Source of the DNA: an uncultured Actinomycetota bacterium
GTDB lineage: Bacteria > Actinomycetota > Actinomycetes > Mycobacteriales > Mycobacteriaceae
DNA: 64,000 bases
Assembly: GCA_963850895.1 (NCBI GenBank)
Contig: CAWKNK010000011.1
Coordinates: 117,841-181,840 of the forward strand
Direction: 5' to 3'
Positions 11,065-21,947 of the stretch are shown here, piece after piece. How positions within the stretch are numbered: the stretch's first letter is position 1; each line of letters begins with the position of its first letter. The translations under genes were made by a program, and so were the position numbers. The notes beneath the pieces were generated by a model. That model saw nothing but the letters and a program-made list of their open reading frames with translations, had not been told where the DNA came from and made no database searches.

Positions 11065-11841
11065 CTAGCCGAAGCGGCCGGAGATGTAGTCCTCGGTCGC
11101 CTTCTGGCTGGGGTTGGAAAAGATCTTCTCGGTGTCGTCGATCTCGACCAGCCGGCCCGGCTTTCCTGTTGCTTCCAGGTTGAAGAACGCGGTGTAGTCA
11201 CTGACCCGGGCTGCCTGCTGCATGTTGTGGGTGACGATGACGATGGTGTAGTCCTGCTTCAGCTCGCTGATCAGCTCCTCGATGGCCATCGTCGAGATCG
11301 GGTCCAGCGCGGAGCACGGCTCGTCCATCAGCAGCACGTCGGGTTGCACGGCGATGGCCCGCGCGATGCACAACCGCTGCTGCTGGCCCCCGGACAATCC
11401 GCCGCCGGGCTTGTCCAACCGGTCCTTGACCTCATCCCACAGGTTCGCGCCGCGCAGCGAGTATTCGGCGGTCTCGTCGAGCAGCTTGCGGTTGCGCACG
11501 CCCTGCAGCTTCAAGCCGGCCACCACGTTGTCACGAATCGACATGGCGGGGAACGGGTTCGGTCGCTGGAACACCATCCCGATTGCCCGGCGCACACCGA
11601 CCGGGTCGACACCGGCGCCGTAGATGTCCTCGTCGTCGAGCAGCACGCTGCCCTCGACCCGGCCGCCGGGGATGACCTCATGCATCCGGTTCAGCGTGCG
11701 CAGCACCGTCGTCTTGCCGCAGCCCGACGGGCCGATGAACGCCGTCACGCTGCGCGGCAGAATGGACAGCGTCACATCCGCGACCGCGTGAAACGAACCG
11801 TAGTAGATGTTGACGGCTTTGAGGTCCAACCGCTTGGCCAC
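11065..11841 (-). CDS. pstB: Phosphate ABC transporter ATPase
   Basis: Walker [31 protein letters not shown]. Confidence 0.95.
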   Translation of the reverse strand: MAKRLDLKAVNIYYGSFHAVADVTLSILPRSVTAFIGPSGCGKTTVLRTLNRMHEVIPGGRVEGSVLLDDEDIYGAGVDPVGVRRAIGMVFQRPNPFPAMSIRDNVVAGLKLQGVRNRKLLDETAEYSLRGANLWDEVKDRLDKPGGGLSGGQQQRLCIARAIAVQPDVLLMDEPCSALDPISTMAIEELISELKQDYTIVIVTHNMQQAARVSDYTAFFNLEATGKPGRLVEIDDTEKIFSNPSQKATEDYISGRFG

Positions 11842-11854
11842 TTAGTGCTCCTGC

Positions 11855-12095
11855 CTATGACTTCTTGGCGCCAAGGAATTTCGCTATCGCTCGGGCCCCG
11901 ATGTTGATGGTGGCGATCACCAGGATGAGGGTTAGGGCGGCACCCCACAACCGATCCGTGGGGACGGGGTTGACGCCGGCGCCCGCGATGGTCTGGTTGT
12001 ACATCATGCCGGGCAGCGACCCCATGAACCCGCTGAAGATGTCGAAGTTCATGGACTGCGCGTAGCGGACGAGAATCAGGGTTCGGCGTGGTCAC
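11855..12095 (-). pseudogene. pstA: Fusion remnant: first codons of pstC joined out of frame to the last ~75 codons of pstA
   Basis: GTG ACC ACG CCG AAC at 12095 runs directly into LILVRYAQSMNFDIF...DRLWGAALTLIL; no room for full permeases between pstS and pstB. Confidence 0.75.
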
Positions 12096-12143
12096 TGCGA
12101 TCCCGGCACAGTTCTGTCGCTCCTTAAGCCCGGGGCCAGTTGG

Positions 12144-13271
12144 TCACTGCAGGGCATTGATCGCCGCAACCAGTCGATCTTTGACCTTATCGGGGAGCGG
12201 GACATAGCCGGCCGATGGAAGATCGGTCTGCCCGCTGCTGGCGGCCACCGTGAGGAACGACTTGATCGCGCCGGAGATGTCGGGGTCGGAGCCCTTCGAG
12301 CACACGATCTCGTACGTCGCGAGCACCAACGGGTAGGCGCCCGGCTCCTGGGAGCTGTACATCGGGTTGAGGTCGAGCACCAGGTCGTTGCCGTCGGACA
12401 CGAAGTTGGCCGCCTTCACGGCGTTCCCCGCCGTCTCGTTGGTGAGCGGGACTACGACGCCCTTATTGGTGGCGATTTGGGCGTAGGGCATACCGCCCTG
12501 GTCGGCAAAGCCCTTCTCGACGTATCCGATTGCGCCCGGGGTGGCCCGCACGGCCTGAACGACACCGGCCGACTTGGCGGCCCCCTCGCCCACCCCGCCC
12601 TGAAACTCGGTGCCCACGCCTTTGGTCCAGCTCTGCGGTGCGGCGGCCGTCAGATACTTCTGCATGTTGTCGGTCGTCCCCGACGAGTCCGTCCGGTAGA
12701 TCGGCGTGATCTTGATATCGGGCAGCGCGACGCCGGGATTGAGGGCCGCCAGGATCGGGTCATTCCAGGCCGTGATCCGTCCGCTGAAGATCTTGGCCAA
12801 CGCGTCACTACTGACCACCAACGCCGGGACTCCGTCCAGGTTGTACACCAATGCGATCGGCCCGAACACCAGCGGCAAGTCCCACGCCGGGTTGCCGTCG
12901 CAGCGTGCGGCGGCCGGACCGATCTGGTCCGCGGCCAGCGCGGAGTCGGCGCCCGCGAAGTCGACATGGCCGGCGATGAACTGCTCACGCCCGGCACCCG
13001 AACCGGTTGGGTTGTACGACACGCTCTTGCCCGGGCAGTACTGGCCCCAGGCGTGGTTGAACAACGCCATCGCGTTTTGTTGAGCCGTCGAGCCTTCCGC
13101 CGTCAGCTTGTTCTTGCCGCTGCATCCCGCCGTGCCCGTGGGCCCGGAGACGGCCGCCGGGGACGCGCCTCGGCGGTTCTGGTCGCTGCCACAGCCAGTC
13201 AATGCGCCGCTACCGATCGCCACCGCCAGGGCCAGCCCCGCCAGCGCTCTTCCTCCCCTGTCGAGCCTCAC
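12144..13271 (-). CDS. pstS: Phosphate-binding lipoprotein PstS
   Basis: Lipobox LTGC, AEGSTAQ, GSGAG, RTDSSGTT, YPLVLATYEIVC; GTG at 13271 chosen as start. Confidence 0.92.
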   Translation of the reverse strand: MRLDRGGRALAGLALAVAIGSGALTGCGSDQNRRGASPAAVSGPTGTAGCSGKNKLTAEGSTAQQNAMALFNHAWGQYCPGKSVSYNPTGSGAGREQFIAGHVDFAGADSALAADQIGPAAARCDGNPAWDLPLVFGPIALVYNLDGVPALVVSSDALAKIFSGRITAWNDPILAALNPGVALPDIKITPIYRTDSSGTTDNMQKYLTAAAPQSWTKGVGTEFQGGVGEGAAKSAGVVQAVRATPGAIGYVEKGFADQGGMPYAQIATNKGVVVPLTNETAGNAVKAANFVSDGNDLVLDLNPMYSSQEPGAYPLVLATYEIVCSKGSDPDISGAIKSFLTVAASSGQTDLPSAGYVPLPDKVKDRLVAAINALQ

Positions 13272-13379
13272 CGATCTCGCTTCCTGACGCATTCGGACCC
13301 GCGCGTGCGCCGCCGGCCATCTCCCAAGAGGTTGCCAGGTCGTCGCGAAAATATGCTCCGCTGCAGCCCACGGCAACGT

Positions 13380-13401
13380 TTCACTAGCAAGCCCAGGTGA
13401 A
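13380..13401. promoter_or_regulatory. TTCAC-N12-GTGAA inverted repeat upstream of pstS, possible RegX3/PHO-type site
   Basis: Inverted repeat seen; GTTCAC resembles actinobacterial PHO-box half-sites. Confidence 0.3.
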
Positions 13402-13437
13402 CAACCGGGGCGAGGGGCCCGCTGCCTGCGCGTTTGG

Positions 13438-15124
<1,687 letters not shown>

Positions 15125-15301
15125 CTAGCCCCTCCAGCTCGGGGGGAACGGCATCTTCACAATTCGTAACGCAACAACGCGTTAGTTGCCAGGTCACCTA
15201 ACGATAACTTGCCACCTGCCATTCTTGCGTGGCGACGAGGCAGTGTGAGCCGCGCCACCGGGGCGGTCGGCGACACGACGGGCAGAGGGTTACGCGAGAA
15301 T

Positions 15302-16101
15302 ATGCGGGTGCGCAAGGTGCTGATCGCGCTGTCGGCCGCGGCGATCGCCGTGGCCGTGGTCGTGCTCGGTGCCGTCGGCGTCGACTTCGGGACCAGCATC
15401 TACGCCGAATACCGGCTGGCGCGCAGCGTGCGCAAAGCGGCCGACCTGAGGTTCGACCCGTGCGTGGCAATCGTGGCGTTCCCATTCATCCCGCAGGCGA
15501 TGCGCCACCACTACAACGAGATCGAGATCAAGGCCAACGGCGTCGACCATGCGACGGTCGGCGAGGCCTCGCTGGAGGCGACCATGCACTCGGTCGACCT
15601 GACCGAGGCGTCCTGGCTGATCAGGCCGGACGCGAAGCTGCCGGTCGGCAAGCTGGAGAGCCGCATCATCATCGACTCGACCCACCTGGGCCGATTCATG
15701 GGCATCAGCGATCTGATGGTCGAGGCGCCGCCCAAGGAGACCAACGACGCCACCGGCGGCACCACCGAGTCGGGCATCTCCGGCAGCAACGGCCTGGTGT
15801 TCACCGGCACCCCGCACTCGGCCGACTTCGACACCGGGTCAGCGTCTCGGTGGACCTGTCCATCGCCGGGCGACCAGCGACGCTGGTGTTCACCCGACCG
15901 GCGTCCACCGGCCGGACACCGCCGACCAGAGCGTTCCCGACGACAAGCGGACGCGGTGCTGCCGCGTTCACCAGCAGCCTGCCCGGCCAGCGGCTGCCGT
16001 TCGGGGTGGCGCCCACCCGAGGGGGCCCGGGGCTCCGACGTCATCATCGAGGGCATCGCCAGGGAGTAACCATCGCTCTCGACGGGTTCAAGCAGTCATG
16101 A
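15302..16101 (+). CDS. lmeA: Lipomannan elongation factor LmeA (DUF2993, Rv0817c-like), apparent frameshifts
   Basis: N-terminal TM, DFGTSIYAEYRL, LESRIIIDSTHLG, GSDVIIEG; synteny. Confidence 0.8.
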
Positions 16102-16510
16102 CCTTCACGTGATCGCCACCATGGCGGCGGCGCTGGCGCACTGGCCGCCGTCGTCGCTGGCTGCTGACGCGGCGTCCGGCGTGTCTGCGCGAGATCCCGG
16201 CGCGTCCGGACGCCGTCGACACCAGCGATCTGGGCCTGTCCGGACCGGGCCGACCATCGTGCACTTCAGCGCGGTGTGGTGCGGGCCGTGCGCCGGGGTG
16301 CGCCGGGTGGTCAACCAGGTCTGCGCCGACTGGGCGACGTCGCGCACGTCGAAATCGACATGGACGCCAATCCGGCTGCCGCGCGGCGGCTTTCGGTGCT
16401 GTCGCTGCCGACGACGTTCATCTTCGACGCCGACGGCCGCCAGCGGTACCGGACCGCGGGTGCCCAAGGCCGCCGACCTGCGGTCGGCGCTGCAACCGCT
16501 GTTGGCTTGA
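16098..16510 (+). CDS. thiX: Thioredoxin-like ThiX (Rv0816c-like), apparent frameshifts
   Basis: HFSAVWCGPC, VLSLPTTFIFD, ADLRSALQPLLA; ATGA coupling with lmeA. Confidence 0.8.
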
Positions 16511-16537
16511 TCGCTGTCATTGGGTAAGCTGGCCGAC

Positions 16538-16628
16538 GTGTCCAGCCCGCCTTGAGCCCCTGCTCACCAAGCGTCGCGCAGTCGATCTGTGCCGCATCGC
16601 GGGTTGTTGCTGTTGCTGTAGCTGCTGA
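16538..16628 (+). CDS. Leaderless polycysteine leader peptide (Ms5788A-type), one extra base near 16543
   Basis: Removing one C gives MSARLEPLLTKRRAVDLCRIAGCCCCCSC*; TAAGCT -10 at 16525-16530, 7 nt before GTG. Confidence 0.85.
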
Positions 16629-16729
16629 GTCGCCGCGCGTTTTCGCGCAGCACTCGGAGCGGCCCCGGAACTTACCGTGGCCTGCTCCCGCCGTTCTTCC
16701 CAGCAACAGGAGTATCCTGGAGTATTACC

Positions 16730-17202
16730 GTGCCGAGCAGCAACACCACCACCGACCAGACACCGTGGACGTGCGCGGACCCCGCTTCGCCGCCTGGGTC
16801 ACCACCGCCGTCCTGGTGGTCACGCTCGTCGTCGCTGCCGTCAGCCCGCTGGCGGCGGCGCTCATTCTGGGCGTGCAGGCCGTCGTCTTCGCCATCGGCG
16901 CGCTCGGCGGCCCGCGCAAGCACCCCTACGGGCGGGTATTCGCCAGCGTCGTGGCACCCCGGCTCGAGCCCGGTCACCGAGCGCGAACCGGTGCCGCCGC
17001 TGAAGTTCGCCCAACTCGTCGGCTTCGTCTTCGCGCGTCGTCGGGTGTCGGCGGGTTCGCCGCGGGCGCCTTCCTGCTCGGTGTGATCGCCACCGCCGTT
17101 CGCGCTGGTCGCGGCGTTCCTCAACGCGGCCTTCGGCATCTGCCTGGGCTGCCAGCTCTACCCGCTGGTCGCGCGTTCCGAGGCGCCGCGCGCACCGCAT
17201 GA
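16730..17202 (+). CDS. DUF4395 membrane protein, apparent frameshifts
   Basis: VDVRGPRFAAWVTT, PPLKFAQLVG, AFLNAAFGICLGC segments. Confidence 0.8.
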
Positions 17203-17237
17203 CCCTTCATCAGCAAGCAATCGAAAGGATCCCCCTC

Positions 17238-18071
17238 ATGGCACGCTCCGACGTCCTGGTCTCCGCCGACTGGGCCGAGAGCAATCTCGACGCCGCCAGC
17301 GTCGTCTTCGTCGAAGTCGACGAGGACACCAGCGCCTACGACACCGGCCACATCCCCGGCGCGGTCAGGCTGGACTGGCGGACCGATCTGCAGGACCCGG
17401 TCAAGCGCGACTTCGTTGACGCTCAGCAGTTCTCGAAGCTGCTCAGCGACCGCGGCATCTCCAACGACGACACCGTGATCCTCTACGGCGGCAACAACAA
17501 CTGGTTCGCCGCCTACGCGTACTGGTACTTCAAGCTGTACGGCCACGAGAACGTCAAGCTGCTCGACGGCGGCCGCAAGAAGTGGGAGCTCGACGGGCGC
17601 GCGCTGTCCACCGACACCGTCAGCCGGCCGGCCACCACGTACACCGCCGCGGCGCCGGACAACAGCATCCGCGCGTTCCGCGACGAGGTCATCGCGGCGA
17701 TCAACACCAAGAACCTGGTCGACGTGCGCTCGCCCGACGAGTTCTCCGGCAAGATCCTCGCGCCGGCGCACCTGCCGCAGGAGCAGAGCCAGCGGCCCGG
17801 CCACATCCCCGGCGCGATCAACGTGCCGTGGAGCAAGGCGGCCAACGAGGACGGCACCTTCAAGTCCGACGAGGAGCTGGCCAAGCTGTACGCCGATGCC
17901 GGCCTGGACGGCAACAAGGAGACCATCGCGTACTGCCGCATCGGTGAGCGGTCGTCGCACACCTGGTTCGTGCTGCAGGAACTGCTGGGCCACAAGAACG
18001 TCAAGAACTACGACGGCAGTTGGACGGAATACGGCTCTCTCGTGGGCGCCCCGATCGAGTTGGGAAGTTGA
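17238..18071 (+). CDS. cysA2: Thiosulfate sulfurtransferase (rhodanese) CysA2/CysA3-like
   Basis: MARSDVLVSADW, GHIPGA twice, active-site YCRIGERSS, NYDGSWTEY. Confidence 0.93.
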   Translation: MARSDVLVSADWAESNLDAASVVFVEVDEDTSAYDTGHIPGAVRLDWRTDLQDPVKRDFVDAQQFSKLLSDRGISNDDTVILYGGNNNWFAAYAYWYFKLYGHENVKLLDGGRKKWELDGRALSTDTVSRPATTYTAAAPDNSIRAFRDEVIAAINTKNLVDVRSPDEFSGKILAPAHLPQEQSQRPGHIPGAINVPWSKAANEDGTFKSDEELAKLYADAGLDGNKETIAYCRIGERSSHTWFVLQELLGHKNVKNYDGSWTEYGSLVGAPIELGS

Positions 18072-18072
18072 T

Positions 18073-18376
18073 ATGTGCTCTGCACCCAAGCAAGGACAGA
18101 CCCTGCCCGCCGGCGTCGACCTGGAGAAGGAGACGGTGATCACCGGCCGTGTGGTCGACGGCGACGGGCAGACGGTCGGCGGCGCGTTCGTGCGGCTGCT
18201 GGACGCCACCGACGAGTTCACCGCCGAGGTCGTCGCGTCGGCGACCGGTGACTTCCGGTTCTTCGCGGCGCCGGGCTCCTGGACGCTGCGCGCGCTGTCG
18301 GAGATCGGCAACGGCGACGCCGTGGTGGCGCCGTCGCGGCGCCGGCATCCACGAGGTCGACATCAAGGTCGCCTGA
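18073..18376 (+). CDS. sseC: SseC / DUF1416 protein, apparent frameshift near 3' end
   Basis: MCSAPKQG, VRLLDATDEFTAEVVAS, RFFAAPGSW. Confidence 0.85.
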
Positions 18377-18427
18377 CGGCCCCGGCCGGCCTGCCGGGCA
18401 TCGCGCGGGACGAATAAACTCGTCCCC

Positions 18428-18526
18428 GTGGTCCTTTTCTTCGAGATCCTGCTGGTGGCTGCCGTCGTGGTGATCACCTGGTTCGCGCTGTACGCGCTGT
18501 ATCGGCTCATCACCGACGAATCGTGA
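18428..18526 (+). CDS. 32-aa single-TM small protein, probably leaderless
   Basis: [38 protein letters not shown] -10 seven nt upstream; stop overlaps next GTG. Confidence 0.7.
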   Translation: MVLFFEILLVAAVVVITWFALYALYRLITDES

Positions 18527-19178
18527 CCTCCGACGAGGACCATCCGGTCCGGCAGTCCGGCGATCGCGCGGTCGCCGCCGCCGCCGAGCGCGCCAAGGAG
18601 ACCGCCGGCCGCAACATCCCCGTCTTCGACGATCTGCCGCTGCCCGCCGACACCGCCAACCTGCGCCAAGGCGCCAACCTCACGACGCGCTGCTGGCGCT
18701 GCTGCCGCTGGTCGGGGTGTGGCGCGGCGAGGGCGAGGGCCGCGGACCCGACGGCGACTACCGGTTCGGCCAGCAGATCGTGGTCTCGCACGACGGCGGC
18801 GACTACCTGAATTGGGAGGCCCGGTCCTGGCGGCTCACCGAGACGGGCGACTACCAGTAACCCGGCCTGCGCGAGACCGGCTTCTGGCGCTTCGTCGACG
18901 ATCCCGACGACCCGAGCGAATCTCAGGCGATCGAGTTGCTGTTGGCGCACTCGGCCGGCTACGTCGAGCTGTTCTACGGACGGCCGCGCACCCAGTCGTC
19001 GTGGGAGCTGGCGACCGATGCGCTGGCCCGCAGCCGGTCGGGTGTGCTGGTCGGCGGCGCCAAGCGGCTCTACGGCATCGTCGAGGGCGGCGACCTGGCC
19101 TACGTCGAAGAGCGGGTCGACGCCGACGGCGGCCTGGTGCCCCACCTGTCGGCGCGGCTGTCGCGGTACGCCGGCTAC
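18523..19178 (+). CDS. FABP-like / nitrobindin heme beta-barrel protein (Rv0813c-like), disrupted in this sequence
   Basis: [41 protein letters not shown]; frameshift, internal TAA ~18858 and missing native stop. Confidence 0.8.
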
Positions 19179-19213
19179 GTCGCCGCTACCGAGCGGGGAG
19201 TGCAGACATGGAG

Positions 19214-19263
19214 CGGCCCCCGAGCGAGGCTCCTGGTTGGACAGACCGGAAGCTCGGGGGCCG
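19214..19263. terminator. Hairpin between convergent genes, probable terminator
   Basis: Perfect 12-bp arms CGGCCCCCGAGC / GCTCGGGGGCCG. Confidence 0.55.
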
Positions 19264-19437
19264 GGTGGCTGCGGGGAATTCGCTAGCGCGCGTACATCGC
19301 CAGCTCTTCCGAGCCAGTGCAGCTAGCGCGCAGCCACCTCACATGTCCATGAAGCTATCAATTTCGCGGACCACCTCCTTCCTCGTGTACGGCCGACCGT
19401 ACCCGCGATTCCGCGAGCCGACAACACAATTCAGCGC

Positions 19438-20328
19438 TTAGCGATCGCTGACGATTGCCGAGTCGACCAATGCGGCGAATTCGGCGGCCAACGGAGAGCG
19501 AGGCAGCGGCCGACCGTCGAGCGTGTGCACGCGGGCGGCCAACGTCATGCTCGAGACCAACCAGATCCCTTGCGCGGCATCGAGATCGGCGAGCCTTAAC
19601 GCGCGATAGTCGCAGTCGTACCCCTTGGCCCGCGCCACCTCGAAGAGGGCCTGCTGCGTGGTGCCACGCAAAATCGGATACCACGGCGGCGGCGTCAGCA
19701 GGCACAGGCTCCCGCCCGCTCCCGTCTCGCCATCGGTCGCGATCACCACCGTCGAGCGCGGGCCTTCCAGGATGTAGCCGTCCGAGCTGACGAAGATGAC
19801 GTCACCGGCGCCCTGCCGGGCGGCATGACGCAAGGCGGCCATGTTGACCGCGTAGGACAGTGTCTTGGCCCCGGCCAGCAGCCACGGCATCGCGTCGGTA
19901 CCGGCCGCGGGCAGTCCTCGGTCCAAGGTCACCGCGGCCAGCCCCTCGCGCCGAACCGCCGTCACTCGTTCGGGAACAGCGTTGACCATCACATAGGCTG
20001 TCGGCGCGGTGCCGCTCTCCCGGCCGCGGCTGTAGATCAGGCGCATCGCGCCTTCGTCCGCGGTGCCCGCGACCCAGTGCCGAGTGGCCACGCCGATCGC
20101 GCTGCGCCAGTTGGGCAGGTCCGGCTCGGGCAGATCCATCAGCTTGGCCGACTGGGTCAGCCGCTGCAGATGGGACTCGACCAGGCAGGGCCTGCCGTCG
20201 CGGACCAACAGCGTCTCGAAGATGCCGTCGCCGCGAACCGCTGCCAGGTCGTCGGCGTGCAGCAGCGGGACATCCGGCGGATGAACATCGCCGTCCAGCG
20301 TGACGATCACACCCGTCCGGCCTGCCAT
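19438..20328 (-). CDS. PLP class IV aminotransferase / ADC-lyase-like (Rv0812-like)
   Basis: RGDGIFETL, HLQRL, AKTLSYAVN, ILEGPRSTV, ILRGTTQ. Confidence 0.9.
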   Translation of the reverse strand: MAGRTGVIVTLDGDVHPPDVPLLHADDLAAVRGDGIFETLLVRDGRPCLVESHLQRLTQSAKLMDLPEPDLPNWRSAIGVATRHWVAGTADEGAMRLIYSRGRESGTAPTAYVMVNAVPERVTAVRREGLAAVTLDRGLPAAGTDAMPWLLAGAKTLSYAVNMAALRHAARQGAGDVIFVSSDGYILEGPRSTVVIATDGETGAGGSLCLLTPPPWYPILRGTTQQALFEVARAKGYDCDYRALRLADLDAAQGIWLVSSMTLAARVHTLDGRPLPRSPLAAEFAALVDSAIVSDR

Positions 20329-20408
20329 GGAGGTAAAGCCTAGCCGCGCCTGTGCGACGGGCCGCACGCTCGGCGGACGGGACGTTCAGGGGTCCGTAGA
20401 GTTGACGT

Positions 20409-20465
20409 GTGACTCGCGCCGGCGACGATGCAGAGCTGAGTGATGAGGAGGAGCGGCGCACATGA
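20409..20465 (+). repeat. Single MIRU-like element encoding an 18-aa ORF coupled to ygfZ
   Basis: GTGACTCGCGCCGGCGACGATGCAGAG...GATGAGGAGGAGCGGCGCACATGA; TAGAGT -10 at 20397. Confidence 0.7.
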
Positions 20466-21556
20466 CTGCAGTGCCTGCACCCGATGCCGGACCCGACGCT
20501 GGCGCCATCTGGCATTACGGCGATCCGCTGGGCGAGCAACGCGCGGCCGAAACCGATGCGGTAGTGGTGGACCGCTCGCACCGCGCGGTGCTCACCCTGA
20601 CGGGTGGCGACCGCCAGAAGTGGCTACACAGCATCTCCACCCAGCACGTCAGCGACCTCCCCGAGGGTGCCAGCACGGAGAACCTCAGTCTCGACGGTCA
20701 GGGCCGCGTCGAGGATCACTGGATCCAAACCGAACTCGGCGGCACCACCTACCTCGATACCGAACCGTGGCGGGGCCAACCGCTGCTGGACTACCTGCGC
20801 AAGATGGTCTTCTGGTCCGATGTCACCCCGGCCGCCGCCGACATGGCGGTGGTTTCGCTCTTGGGGCCGCGACTGGCCGACCGGGCGGTGCTCGACGCGC
20901 TCGGCCTGGACGCCCTGCCCGCCGAGCTGACCGCGATCGCGGTCGCCGGCGGTGGCTTTGTGCGCCGGATGCCCGGCGCCCCTGCCGGCCAGATCGAACT
21001 GGATTTGCTGGTCCCGCGCGGCGAGTCCGCCGGCTGGCAGAAACGCTTGGTGCAGGCGGGACTGCGACCGGCTGGGGTCTGGGCGTACGAAGCCCACCGG
21101 GTGGTGGCGCTGCGTCCGCGACTGGGAGTCGACACCGATGAGCGCACTATTCCGCACGAGGTGGGGTGGATCGGCGGTCCCGGCGAGGGTGCCGTCCACT
21201 TGGACAAGGGCTGTTACCGGGGGCAAGAGACCGTCGCACGGGTGCACAACCTCGGTAAGCCGCCCCGGACGCTGGTGCTGTTGCACCTGGACGGCTCGGT
21301 GGAGCGGCCCTCGACGGGTGACCCGGTGCTCGCCGGCGGTCGCGTCGTCGGCCGCCTTGGCACCGTGGTGGATCACGTGGACCTTGGGCCCGTGGCCCTC
21401 GCGCTAATCAAGCGCGGGGTGCCGGCCGACACCGAACTGGCGACCGGCCCACAGGCCTCGGTTGCTGCGGTGATCGACGCCGATTCGCTGCCGCCCACGG
21501 AACAGATCGGTGCGGGACGGCTGGCCGTTGAACGGTTGCGGGGCGGTGCGAGATAA
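20462..21556 (+). CDS. ygfZ: Folate-binding YgfZ family (Rv0811c-like)
   Basis: HLDKGCYRGQETVARV signature. Confidence 0.93.
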   Translation: MTAVPAPDAGPDAGAIWHYGDPLGEQRAAETDAVVVDRSHRAVLTLTGGDRQKWLHSISTQHVSDLPEGASTENLSLDGQGRVEDHWIQTELGGTTYLDTEPWRGQPLLDYLRKMVFWSDVTPAAADMAVVSLLGPRLADRAVLDALGLDALPAELTAIAVAGGGFVRRMPGAPAGQIELDLLVPRGESAGWQKRLVQAGLRPAGVWAYEAHRVVALRPRLGVDTDERTIPHEVGWIGGPGEGAVHLDKGCYRGQETVARVHNLGKPPRTLVLLHLDGSVERPSTGDPVLAGGRVVGRLGTVVDHVDLGPVALALIKRGVPADTELATGPQASVAAVIDADSLPPTEQIGAGRLAVERLRGGAR

Positions 21557-21700
21557 TCATCGATGACGTCCGCCACAGCGGCAGGGGGCACCAACGCCCA
21601 ACCGTAAGGCACGGTAAACTGTCGGCAGGACAATAACGACACCAGTAGATCGGAGCCGCCTGATTCGGGCCGCTCCGTTATTGCGCGAGGGGGTTCCCCC

Positions 21701-21886
21701 ATGGGCCGCGGCCGGGCTAAGGCAAAGCAGACCAAGGTTGCTCGAGAACTCAAATACAGTTCCCCGCAGACCGACTTCCAGCGGCTTCAGCAAGAGCTGG
21801 CAGGGACGGGTGCCGACGACTCCACCGGGCTGGAGGACGACGGCGTCGGCGATCCTTGGGAAGACACCGACGACTGGCGTCGCTGA
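21701..21886 (+). CDS. DUF3073 small protein (Rv0810c-like)
   Basis: MGRGRAKAKQTKVARELKY. Confidence 0.92.
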   Translation: MGRGRAKAKQTKVARELKYSSPQTDFQRLQQELAGTGADDSTGLEDDGVGDPWEDTDDWRR

Positions 21887-21947
21887 AACTCACGTCGCTG
21901 TGCCGGTGCAATCCGCTTCGGCACGGCGCTAACCCGGCTCCCGCCTT

